From Fonticula alba ATCC 38817 (Eukaryota; Protista; Nucleariida): a stretch of DNA of 33,401 bases. The first letter of the stretch is position 1. Each line of letters begins with the position of its first letter. This document shows, piece by piece, positions 1 through 10,926 of the stretch. The notes under the pieces are model-generated. The model saw only the letters and a list, made by a program, of their open reading frames with translations. It had not been told where the DNA came from and did no database searches. The position numbers were made by a program, and so were the translations under genes. Where the stretch lies: the NCBI GenBank assembly GCA_000388065.2, contig KB932212.1. The stretch is one strand, 5' to 3'.

Positions 1-1978
1 GCCACGGGCTCCGCGACAGCGGCGGTCTCAGCCACGGCCGGCAGGGCGGGCGAGCTGGCGGCCGACGACTCGGCCGAGGTGGAAGCCGAGGTGGAGGGGG
101 TGGCCGCGGCACCGGGGGTGCGCTTGGGCTTGGGGTTCTTGGCCGCCTCCGAAGTGACCACCGAGTACTGCTTGCGGTCTGACGAGACGGCGACCGGCAC
201 GACGGGCGTCGCGGTGGCCGAATGCCCAGGCAGCGGGGGGAACGCATCGGCGGTGATAGAAATGGCCTTCGGGGGGGCGGCCGCGCCGGAGCCGGAGCCA
301 GCCCCGGCACCGGCGGCAGCCTGCTGGGAGTTGGCGGCTCTTCCGGCGCCGCCGGCCGCACCCTTGGCCGGGGTGCGGGTGTTGCGGCGCTCGGCATTCG
401 GGCCGGCGCCGGCACCGCCGGCACCGGCGCGCGCAGCGCCACCAGCACCGCCAGTGGTGCCGGAGCCCGCCGCCGCACCGGCGCCAGCAGCCTGGCCGCG
501 CGGGTTGCTCGAGCGAGTGTTGGACCGGGGGGCGGTGGCACCGGTGCCGGCACCGGCGACAGCGCCGCCGGCGGCCTGGCCACCAGCCGACCGGCCGGGG
601 CGCGGGGCGCCGCCGGTGGAACCACCGGCCCCGGAGGCCTGCCGAGTGGCGGTGGCCGGAGCACCGGCCGCACCGGCACCAGCACCGGTGCTGGTGCTGC
701 CGGCGGCCACACCAGCGGCGGGGGCATTCTGGCGACGCTGGCCAGCCGGCCGGCGGCCGGCCCCGGCCGCACCGGCACCACCGGCACCACCCGGGCCCCG
801 ACGCCCGGTGAAAGAGGACCCGGCCTCGCCGGCGGCACGGCCGCCCGCGGCGAAAGACCCCGCCCCGGAGGGAACATAGTAGGTCGGGAAGGAGTAATGC
901 TGCTGGCCATTCTTGTAGACATTGGCCACCGGCACGCCGGGCACATGGGCGGCGGACTTGCCGCCGACCGCCCCGGCCGCCGCCGGCTTGGGGACCAGCA
1001 CATACGAGGAGTTCTTGATGTGCTTGAAGGTGTTCTCGTCCTTGACCCGGGCATAGATGCGACTCCCGAGCAGGGTCTCCGAGATGACCTTGCGGTAGTA
1101 AAGCTTCAGGTCGGCCGGGGACTTAAAAGTGACGAAGCGAGTGCGGTTCAGCTCGGTGGTGATGGAGGCCACCTCGGTGCAGCCAACGGAGGCCAGCAGA
1201 TCGAGGATGTCCTGTGGGGAGGGGGGAGGGGGGGGGGGAGGCGTGCGCACGTGCATGCACATGAGTCAGGAGGGGTAGAGGGGGGGGGGGGCGGCCGCGG
1301 GACAGGTGCGGCCAATGTCTGGCCATGCGCGTACCTTCTCGGTGACCGCCTCGTCGACGTCGGTCAGAATCATGGTGCAGGGCTCGATCTCGTTGGGGCG
1401 AATGCGCTTGCCGGCCTCGTCGACGGTCACCTTGGCCGAGGTCTTCAGGGTCGAGAGGATCTCCTCCTCGGAAGTGCCGAGGGCCTTGACGCTCTCCAGG
1501 GCCAGGATCTCCGCGACCGGGATGAACAGGTCGTTGTCCATCTTGGAGGCTGTGCCGGGGGGGGAGGGGGGGGGGGCAGAAGGGGGACCCCGGGAGCGGC
1601 GGCACCGGCGGCGGAGGAGGAGACAAGAACGCGAGTGTCAGCCAGGGCGCGCGCGGGGCGCGTGAATGGGCAAAAGCCGGGAGGGCCGGCCGAGGGCCAG
1701 ACATACGCACCGAGGTTGTGGTCTTGCGACAGGCACTCGACGCTGAAGAAGTACTCAAGCTTGCCGAGGAGCCCGACCTGGGACGACTCGCCGTCTGGGG
1801 GCGGCCGGGCGGGGGGGGGGGCGGAAGTGAAGGCAGGTGGCGGTCAGGGGAGAGGAGCCTGAGAAGCGGATGGCTGGGCAGGCGGCGAGGCACGTGGCGG
1901 GAGGACAAGAGGGGCGGTGAGGCCACAGCCGGTGCACATACCAAAGGCGGCAGGGGGGGTGGTTTGCGCAGAGGTCAT
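1..1978 (-). CDS. LARP4: La-related protein 4-like (La motif + RRM + Gly/Ala-rich tail); 3' end lies outside the window
   Basis: Exons (minus) 1978-1942, 1794-1711, 1549-1335, 1211-<1; all GT-AG and phase-consistent. Spliced product MTSAQTTPPAAFDGESSQVGLLGKLEYFFSVECLSQDHNLASKMDNDLFIPVAEIL...RIRP...FVTFKS...IYARVKDENTF resembles the LARP4 La module (LEFCFSRENLSKDLYLISQMDSDQFIPI...ARIKAINTF, recalled). FPPLPG motif near 225-245. No stop before base 1. The true start could be further upstream. Confidence 0.85.
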
Positions 1979-2526
1979 TGTTGGGAGGTCGGCGCGAACT
2001 CTCTGCATTCGTGGGGCGTGCGGGAGGGGGGGGGCGGTTAGCCGGGGGGACGGAGGGCGAGGAGGAGATCGCGGCATGCGCCGGAGAAGCAAGAAGGGGG
2101 AGAGAGGAGTCCGTGCGGGTGTGCTGTGTATGCCCGCCATGGCGCCCGGAAACGGCGACCGGCGGCGACAGGGAGAGACGCACAGCACTCAAGGTACGTC
2201 TGAGCAGGGAAAGGGGGGGGCCAGGGGTCTACGTGTGTGCGTGTGTGCGTGTGTGCGTGCGCGTGGGGAGCGACAACCGGAGACAGGGAACGACCGCAAG
2301 GGGCGAGGAGGGAGACCTGCGATGCGGCGGCAACAGGAGGCGGGGGAGGGGGAGGGGGACGGCGGGGGCGACTCAGGGAAGGGAGGGGGGGCGAGAGGGG
2401 CGAAGGGGGCGGGGGAGGAGAGGGGGCCAGGGTGATTCTGTCGGGAGACATGGGCCTTGCTGCTGTGCCGCTAGCAGAAGAAGCGCGCGCCAATCGGGGA
2501 GTCCTCATGCTTTGATCCCCTCCCAG

Positions 2527-2558
<32 letters not shown>

Positions 2559-2687
2559 ACGCGCGGGCCGCCCACAGGCCCACCGTCACATAGTCGCACA
2601 GGCATGCGGGTGCAAAAGCACACAGGTGTGCTCTGCTCCGCGTGTGACTGGACATGGGGGACTGCCCCATGCGTGGCCCACGATGCG

Positions 2688-2722
<35 letters not shown>

Positions 2723-4399
2723 AGATAGGAAGGAAGCGGTGTAAAGGAAAACAGCCAGCTGGCCCGGGGAAGCGACCAGCCCGCCGTGACCCGGCGTGTG
2801 GGGGATGAAGAAACACAAATACACCCACATGCGCCGAGAGCGCGCGGCCGGGGGCAGGGCAAAGAACCTGGAAACGGCGGGGAAGACCACCCCCCTCCCC
2901 CCGCCGGGGCCGGTGGCGTCCCATGTGCCTGCCTTCACCCCCCGCCCGGGGTGCCCCCCCCCCCCCCCCACCCCCCCCCCACCACGCACACACAGCACAC
3001 GCCCGACGCACACGGCCGTCCAGCCTTGAGACCCGTGCAGGCGGGGTAGCATCTCTCGCCGCTGCCGCGGGGGCACAGGGACAAGCCAGACGCAGACGAG
3101 CCTCCCCCCCGCACACACTCCTGGCAGCTGCTGGCCTGGCTGGTGTTACAGCGGGAACAAGGGTCGGACCCGATCCCTCGCCTCGGTCTGCGGGCGATCT
3201 GACTTGCACCAGGAAGGGAGGGGGGACTTTTCACCCAACGGTCAGACAGGCAGACAGACACGGACCGGCCCGATGCGTGGGCGCGGTCCCCCCCCCCTCC
3301 CTCCCCCGCACCACCACATACCGGGGCGGGGGGAGCGCATTCGCTGCCTGGCTCGCCGCGCCCCGGCTCGCTGCTGGGACAGACTGCGACTGGACTCCCC
3401 GGTCTTAGGCCGGAGGACGCACGCGCCCCAATGCCAACGAGCCCGAGCAGGTGCCTCTGCACGAGCAGCACCTGGCGGCATTCTCCCTTTGCCCCCCCCC
3501 CCCCCTCATGCCCGGGCAGCGGTGAGCACCGGCCCCAGCGCGTCTGGCCACGCTCCGCCGACACACCTGCCCCGGCTGCCGGCACCATTGCCGCTGTTGC
3601 TGCTGCATCTGGTGGCGGGCACCCCCCGACCAACACAGGCATTCACGGTGCCCAGAAAAAAGGCAAGATATAAAAAATGCCGGAATATACACCCCCTCAC
3701 CAAAGATGCACGCTTTCCCGTCCCGTCGGGCGCGGCTGACCGAGGGTGGCGGAAGACTCATCGTCGCCCCCCGCCCCGCCCCCCCCCCCTGTGACTCCCA
3801 CCCATGGAGCAGGGTCCCAGGCACGCGCACTGCCAGGCCGCCACGAGCCCGCCACAGGCGCACCCGCACCAACATGTCCTCCCCCCCCCCCGGCATCCGG
3901 CGACAACAGGGCCGCTGTGACTCACAAAAACATGGTCTCTGCCGGGGAGGGTGCTCCGCCCCGGGCGCCGCCTTCTCACGGCATCCGGCATCCCCAGGGC
4001 ATTGCACCCTCCGGCAGCCGGTCTCTCTCTCTCTCTCCCTCGCCCGCCCGCCCGCCCGCACGCACCAGAACACATGCACCGGGGCGAAGGCGAAGGGGCC
4101 CCTGCCCCCCCTCCCTGCGCGGACCCGAGGGTCGACCGGGCGCGTGCTGAGGACCTAAGACTCTGGGCATGCTCCAGTTCGGCCTAACCCTAGCTGGTTC
4201 TCCGGGCTGCTGGGCCACCGGGGCCCGCGGCCTTCGCCCGTGCGCCGTGGCGACACAGACAGCCACACCCGCACACGGATACTGGCGCGCATGGTTAGGC
4301 CTGCCCCCCCCCCCCCCCGTCCCCCCCCTTTCCCGCTGGGTTGTCGCAGTACCTGGAGGCTTAGCTGGCATACGTTCGCGGATTTGGCCTCCGGACGAC

Positions 4400-4435
4400 G
4401 GGGGGGCAGGGCAGGGCAGGGCAGGGCAGGGCGGG
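4400..4435 (+). repeat. (CAGGG)n pentamer array, G-quadruplex-compatible
   Basis: G7 followed by five CAGGG units and CGGG, in a gene-free region. Confidence 0.75.
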
Positions 4436-4979
4436 CACGTTCTGGTAAATGAAAATGCACATGGACACCCAGCCGCCGGCTCCTGTAGATCGCCCCCCCC
4501 CCTCCCCCCCCCCGAAGGGACGCCGCTGGTTGCCCACTGCAAGCGTTCCGCGGGCCTGCCTGAGGGTCGCCGCTGTTGTCCCCCCTCTGCTGGGGCAGGT
4601 TCCCCCTCCCCCCTTGCGGGATTTGTCTCCACGGGCGCAGCCTGCCCGGGCCTTTACCATGCGAGCCACAACGACATTCCCGCATCACGGAAGTGGTCAC
4701 GAGGTAGGTAGATGGGGGATCACGCCCCGCACCATGGGCTGACGCCCGCCGGGCGTACCCGCATCCGCCCCTTCACGGTGCGCCGCCAGAGCGCGCCCAC
4801 CCGGGTGGGCCGCGGACCGAGACGCCCGCCGATCGCCGCGCGCCCCTTGGCCACATCTGACGGGGGGGGGGGGGGGGCTCTTCTCCCTCTGGTGCTTTCA
4901 TTTCTAGGTATATTGAAAAAGGCAAGCCCCCACGGAGGGCGGCGGCGGCGGCGGCGGGCGAGAGTGTCCCCGCACTTCC

Positions 4980-6158
4980 TCACTCGTTGTCGTCGCCGCC
5001 GTCGGCGAGGTCATCCTCGTCGTTCTGGTACTTGGAGGTGTCGAACATGATGTCGTCCGTGGCATCGGCCATGTACTCCTCGCCATCGTAGTGGGCGTCC
5101 TGCCCGGCGGTGGCATCCTCGTCTTCGTCCATGGCGTCGCCCTCGGCGGCGGCCTCGTCCCCCTCCTCGGCGGGGTATTCCCCCTCTTCCTCATCGCCAT
5201 CCTCGGCGTCCGAGGGCGGCTGGATCGGCAGGTGCTGATGGATCATGGCCAGGATCTGGCCAAGTTGCTCTTCGGAGAAGCGCTCCTCGGCCTCCTGGAG
5301 GAGCTGCGCCCCGCCCCGGCGGGGATTCCCATGCGCATGTTAGCAGCGATTCCGGTGTGTGCGTGTGCGTGTGTGCGTGTGTGCGTGTGCCTGCTTGTGA
5401 CGGCAGCGCCGAGGCGGCCAAGTGGAGATGGCGAAAGTGTCTCCGCTTCCGAGAGGAGGAGGAGAGACAGAGGCGGGCGGGGCAGGGGGAGGTGGACATA
5501 CCACATGCAGCTCTACCAGCGACCGAGGCTGGTGGTTGAGGATTTGCAGCTTCTCGGACTTGGTCAGCCCGGAATGGATGGCCGCCTCCAGGAAGGCGGC
5601 GATGTGCTCCTCGGTTTGGTGTGCACACGGGCGGTCGTGCAGATGGGCCTTGACCTGCGCAGGCCCGGCCAACGGGAGGGCCGACGGGGGGGGGGGGGGG
5701 GAGGAAAGGAGAAGGGAGAGGCCCGCGTGCGAAGGGGCCAAGAGTGGTGCAGGCCCGGGCCATGCATGGGGATCAGTCAGTCGGCATGCCTTGCGACCTG
5801 GCGAGTGTCTGCTGCACCGGGCCACAGGGGAGGCAGAGAGAGAGAGAGAGAGAGACAAGGAGGGCAGGGCAAAAGGAGGACAGGGGATGCGCACATCGGC
5901 CTCCACCTGCATGAGGTTCTTCGGCTGGCGCTTCTTGCCGCCGCCACCGCCCTCGCGGGAGGCGCGCTCCTGCTCAGATTGCAAGATGGCCTGTAGGACC
6001 TCAAAGTCACTGAGGTACGCCGTGGGCAGCTCGAGGCTGCGCACAACAAACATACATATGGTAAATGCGTGCGTGTACATGCGCGGTGGGTGAGTCCCGG
6101 CTCAGCCAGCACGGCAAGGCAGGGCAAAAGGGCCGCATTCGACAACGCACACTTCCAT
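4980..6158 (-). CDS. CRCP: RNA polymerase III subunit RPC9/C17 (CGRP receptor component family)
   Basis: Exons 6158-6151, 6036-5895, 5654-5502, 5303-4980 (627 nt, 208 aa). MEVLELPTAYLSDFEVLQ...PCAHQTEEHIAAFLEA...LTKSEKLQILNHQPRSLVELHVLLQEAEERFSEEQL matches the family pattern (LLSNYEV, LTKAEKLQLLNHRP, EESEERL). Confidence 0.92.
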
Positions 6159-6787
6159 GGCCGAGGTGTTGGGGGGGGGGATAGAAAGAAAGAGGGAAGC
6201 GGAGGGGGGGGGAGGGAGGGGGGAGGGGGGACCAAACTGCGTGTGCAGGCGCAAGCGGCGGAGAGGCGGAGAGGTGGGCAGGCGGGGAGGCTGGATGCCG
6301 AGGCCGATCCCCACGCACAGAGCAGGACACCGCGAGATGAAGGCGGCGATCGTGGCCGCACGTGATTCCACACGGATTTGTCCCTTCCGTTGGGGGAAAC
6401 CCCGCCCCCCCGGGCGCGGGGGGAGGGAGGGCCGGGCCTCCCCTGGCCGCCGGCAGTCGGCCGTTGTGCGGGCACATGCGCCTGCACACTTTGGCGGGGA
6501 GTCCACGCCTGCAAGTGTGTGTGTGTGTGTGTGTGTGTTTTTGGCGCGCCTGCCGCCCTCCGGGGCCCTCGACCGGACAGGCGTGGAGCCCGGCGGACAA
6601 ACCGAGATAGATAGAGACAGAAGGGCGGGGCTGGTGAACGCCCGAGGCGGAGGGCCCTGTGTCATCGACAGTCCTCTCTCTCTCCCCCCCCCCACACATA
6701 TCCCCTCCTCTGCCTCGCCCGCTCCCCTCCCCCCTCGCCCGCCCGCCCGCCCAGCCCTCCCTTCCCCGCACGCAACACCACACCGAG
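6159..6787. promoter_or_regulatory. Putative bidirectional promoter between RPC9 and CWC15
   Basis: Start codons are head-to-head, 629 bp apart. Inferred from gene geometry only. Confidence 0.45.
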
Positions 6788-6995
6788 ATGACCACGTCGC
6801 ATCGGCCAACCTTCCACCCGGCCATCGCCACCTCCGGCGTGGCTCCCGGGGCCAACACCACCGTCTCGGCCAAGGACGGCAACCTGGTGCCGCTGAAGTT
6901 CCGGTACGCGCACGTCTGCCCCGCGTGGCCTGGCCCTGTCTCCTTCGCAGCCACCCTTTCCCACCTGCGCCCGCGCATTGCACATGTGAGCCTAA

Positions 6996-7041
<46 letters not shown>

Positions 7042-8160
7042 TTCTCCCCCCCCCACAGCGACAGTGGCGATGCTCCCGCGGTGCCGGCCACCGCTGGTGG
7101 CGGCGAGGTTTTCGGCACGGTGAAGCCCGCCCCCGTGGAGGGCGCCTCCTCCTCGGATGATGAGGATGCTGGTCAGCCCCCCCGGACGTCGCTCGGCGAC
7201 GCGCTGGCCGCCACGGCATACGTCGAGCGCGCCATGGGGTCTCTCAATGATGCTAGCCTCCTGCCGAGCGACCTGTCGGATGGCGATTTCTCCGACCTCG
7301 AGCAGTGTGCGTGCTCGGCTTTTTTTTTCCCCTTCCTTCGGCCTGTCGGGTTCCTTGTGCCCTCCCCTCCCTCCCACCCGCTGTCCTGTGTCCCGCCCCG
7401 CTGACACCATGTGCCGCCAGTTTCCAAGCTGGATGCCGATGTTGTTTACGAAGCCGACGAGGAGGTGTCCTCGCGCAAGCGCCCGCTCGCGGACCGCCGC
7501 GATGCCGCCGGCCCGAACAAGCGCCCCGCCCCGGGTTCCCTGTCGGACGAGGAGGGCCCCGCGGGTGCCGCCGGATCCGGGCGATCGAGCGACGAGGATT
7601 ACAACGACAGTGCTGCTGACGATGATGATGATGATGATGATGACGACGACGACGACGACGATGAGGCGGCCCTGCAGCGCGAGCTGGAGGCCATCCGTCG
7701 TGAGCGCGCGGCCGCTGCCCAAGCCAGGGCCGACCAGGAGCACGCCGAGCGCGAGGCCGAGCTTGATCGCGAGGCGCTCACCGCCAATCCCCTGCTGCAG
7801 CCCGGCGCCGAGGGCGCTTCCTTCCAGCTGAAGAAGAAGTGCGTCATTGTCTGCCCCCACTGGTGGGCCGAGTTCCCCTTCTTCGCTTCTCCTTCCCCCT
7901 GTCTCCGTCTCTCTACCTCCTGCCTCCCCCCTGTGTGATGCGCATGCCTCCTTCCCTCCGACTGACCAGTCTCTCCCCTTTCTTTCCCGGTCTCCCTCCC
8001 TCCCCCGGCGCTTCCTCCACGACGCAGGTGGTATGAGGACACCATCTTCAAGAATTGCACGCGCGACGATCAGGCCGATGCGAACAAGGATCGCAGCTAT
8101 GTCAATGACATTCTCCGGTCAGACTTCCACCGCAAGTTCATGAAGCGGTACATCCAGTGA
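6788..8160 (+). CDS. CWC15: Spliceosome-associated protein CWC15 (Prp19/NTC-related)
   Basis: Exons 6788-6903, 7059-7306, 7421-7838, 8028-8160 (915 nt, 304 aa). N-terminus MTTSHRPTFHPA; LDAD; EAALQRELEAIRRER; NPLL; C-terminus WYEDTIFKNC...YVNDILRSDFHRKFMKRYIQ. A second in-frame acceptor at 7064 is possible. Confidence 0.95.
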
Positions 8161-8617
8161 GAGATCGGCATGGCCTGCTGTCTTTTCCCCATCCTCCCGC
8201 GGGTTGGCCCCCTTCCCCCTCCCCTCTTGTATCATAGTTCCCCCTTTTGAATGAAGGGCGCGCTCCGCGTGCGCCGGCTCTACTGCTTTCTCTCCTCGCC
8301 TCCTGCCCCTGGCATTTGTCCTGCTTTCCGCTTGCACAGCCACGCGCACAACAGGGGACGCCGGGTTCTTCCCTCCCGCCCCCACCCTTGTTTCCGGGTC
8401 TCTGTCGGTGGCATTTCGTGGACCTGTATTTTTCGGCTGTGCGTGCGCGTGCGGGAAAATAACACACGCCAGACGGCGCACGAGGCGCGACCATTCTATG
8501 ATTTGAGACACTACAGGGAGGAGCAATGAGGACGGGGTATGGTGTGTGTGTGTGTGTGGGGGGGGGGGACTAAAAGTACATCGTATACGTGTGCGTGCGC
8601 ACAGGGCAGTCGGATCT

Positions 8618-9094
8618 CTACTGGCTAGCGGAGGTGCCGGTCGTCGTATCGAGGATGGCGGGCGGGGCGTTCTCCTGCTGCAGAATGAAGTCCGCCATGG
8701 TGGGCGATGCGTCACCCGTCACGACTTCAGGGGCCAGCATGTCAGCGACGTCGGTGGTCTCGCCGCTGGCGGCGGCAGCCAGGGCCCGCTGGGCACGGAC
8801 TTCGTCGGCACGAGCGAGGGCGTTCGCGTAAGCCGCCCGGACGGTGCTGCAAGGGGCGCGCCAATCGGGGAGGGGGGGGGGGGGCAGTGGAGGGAAAAGA
8901 GGGGGCGTTAGAGATGGGACCGTGGCTGGTTTGCGCGCGTGCGCTGCACCGAGACAGGCGCGGCAGAGAGGGGAGGGAGGAAGGGGGGTGGGGGGAACGC
9001 ACACAAAGAGGAACCCACCAAGGTAGATGGTGGAGGCGACGAGCCCGAAGGCAAGGCCCTTGTGCAGGTAATCGGCAATGCGGGAGGCGGACAT
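8618..9094 (-). CDS. COX14: Small single-pass membrane protein, COX14-like cytochrome c oxidase assembly factor
   Basis: Exons 9094-9003 (GTGCGT donor) and 8846-8618; 106 aa. MSASRIADYLHKGLAFGLVASTIYLGGFLFVTVRAAY resembles the COX14 pattern (ADxxHK followed by one TM helix). Acidic C-terminal extension. The family call rests on short-motif recall. Confidence 0.65.
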   Translation of the reverse strand: MSASRIADYLHKGLAFGLVASTIYLGGFLFVCVPPTPLPPSPLCRACLGAAHARKPATVPSLTPPLFPPLPPPPLPDWRAPCSTVRAAYANALARADEVRAQRALAAAASGETTDVADMLAPEVVTGDASPTMADFILQQENAPPAILDTTTGTSASQ

Positions 9095-10642
9095 GATGCT
9101 GGTGATGCTGATGCTGATGCGTGTGTGTGTGTGTGTGTGTGCGTGTGCGTGTGCAGGCGCGCGTATGCGTGGGCGTGGGAGGGCGGAGGGGGGGGGGGGG
9201 GGAGACAGGAAGAGGGGAGTTGCCGGCGGCGCAAGGGCGGAGAGGGCAGCGGGTCGACGGCCCTTCAACTGCCCGATGCCGGGGGGAGGGCCGGAAGGCG
9301 TGTTTATTCTTCCCTGTTCGTCGACCCGTGTTTCCCCGCTTCCCTGGTCCCGCCGCGGGGGAGACTTGCCGGCCATACGTGCGAGTGTGTTGCCCCAGGG
9401 GGGCGCGGCAGGGGGCGCCGAAGCCATCCCGGCACGCCTCCCAGGCCGGCCGATCGGGCGCGTGCACGACCAGCACACGTTATTCGTGTGAAGAATCACG
9501 CATCACTTATAACATTCTAGGGAAACGCCATTCCTCGGGGATTTCCCCCCGAAACAAACACCGATTCCGAGGGCATTTGCCCCGCCGGCGGCGGTCGTGC
9601 CTCGACCACGGCCGGCCTCGGGCCAGGGGGGCGGAGAACGCGAGAGGACTTTGTCTCCGGGGCGCCGTGTGGCGCTGATTTGGCGTGGGCCCCCGGGCAG
9701 GTTGCGGCGAGGACGCCCCGGGCCATGTCGGGTGGGTGGGGGGGTGGGTGGGTGGGTGCGGGGCGTGGGCGGCGAGGGCGGGGAGGACGGCGCCTTTGGG
9801 CCTGGTGTGTTGGTTCTCCTGGGGCTGGGGGCGGGCGCCCTGGGGCGGGGCACGGCACAGCCGTGGGTGTATGTGCTTGCGCGAGAGTGTCCGGCCCGGA
9901 GGATGAAGAGGCGTACACACACACACACACGTACCTGCACGCACACGCACCTGCACGCACGCACGCGCGCACGCACACACAGGCCCGTGCTTCCCAATGC
10001 ACGACGGCCGGGGGGCGAAAAATGGCCGGGGAAAGCGAGCCAGCCGGTTTGCGCCTGGTGCGGTGGCCGGGCCAAGTGCCCACCCATGCTGAGCGTTGCC
10101 TCGGCGCCGGCCCCGGGGCCTCCCCTCTCCGGGTGGTGGGGGGACATCATGGGGGATGGGGCGGGTGGGCGGGGGTGCACGCAAGCGCGGATGCCGGTCG
10201 GGCACGGCTGCGAGAGGGTGCCTCGCATGCGAGCCCCCTCGCGGCAATGGGGCCTGGCCCCGGGCGCCGGCGAGATGAAGCGAGAGAGATGGCTCGGCCC
10301 CGGGGGCGCCGCACACGCCCGGGGGACTTTCCCTGCCCCCGGGGTGCGAGATGGAGCATATGGAGCCGACCGGCTGGGCCCGGGCCGAAGGCCGCGGAGG
10401 AGCCTCCGCACGGAGCCGACCCCTGTGCGGTCCTGCCCGCGCTCTTTCTCGTTCTCTCTCTCTCTCTCTGCGTCTGGTTTGCTCCCTGTGGCCGGCTTTC
10501 TGCCCCGCCACATGCGGGTGCCGGCCCCCGGGCCCGCCGGCCTTAGCTGGGTCGGAGTGGCACCGGGGGGGGGGGGTACGGGTGGTGACGGGGACGCGGG
10601 CCGCGTCGAGCTCGGGGGCCCTTGTTGGCCCCTCGTCCAGAG

Positions 10643-10683
<41 letters not shown>

Positions 10684-10926
10684 CCCGGGGGCATTGGGGC
10701 CGGCGCCGAGAGGCAGGAGGAGGGCCGAGCCATTTCTCATGCCATCTATTTCGCATCACTCGCTGGCGTCCCACACACTGCCTTTTCTGGATTCCAGCGC
10801 ACCCCCCCCCCATTGCCTTCTCCGCACCCCGCCCCCTCCCCTCTCTGGCAGTCACCCCCCTCCCCCTCTTCCTCCCCCTTCACACCCCCTACCCCCTGCC
10901 TCGGTCCCGCTGCCCGCCTGAACGCC

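Noticed and set aside
2191-2200. Perfect-looking + strand donor AAG|GTACGT
   Set aside because: Followed by G-rich rather than C-rich sequence, with no + strand exon upstream. Better explained as the antisense of a minus-strand exon.
2485-8872. Exact 17-nt repeat GCGCGCCAATCGGGGAG at 2485-2501 and 8856-8872
   Set aside because: Only two copies, GC-rich and near chance expectation for this window size. No terminal repeats or target-site duplications.
9480-9620. AT-richer island with several short hairpins (ggaa/ttcc, cctcgg/ccgagg, ggtcg/cgacc)
   Set aside because: No tRNA T-loop, C/D or H/ACA boxes, or Sm site. Stems are 4-6 bp in GC-rich DNA. More simply promoter sequence between COX14 and BCKDHB.
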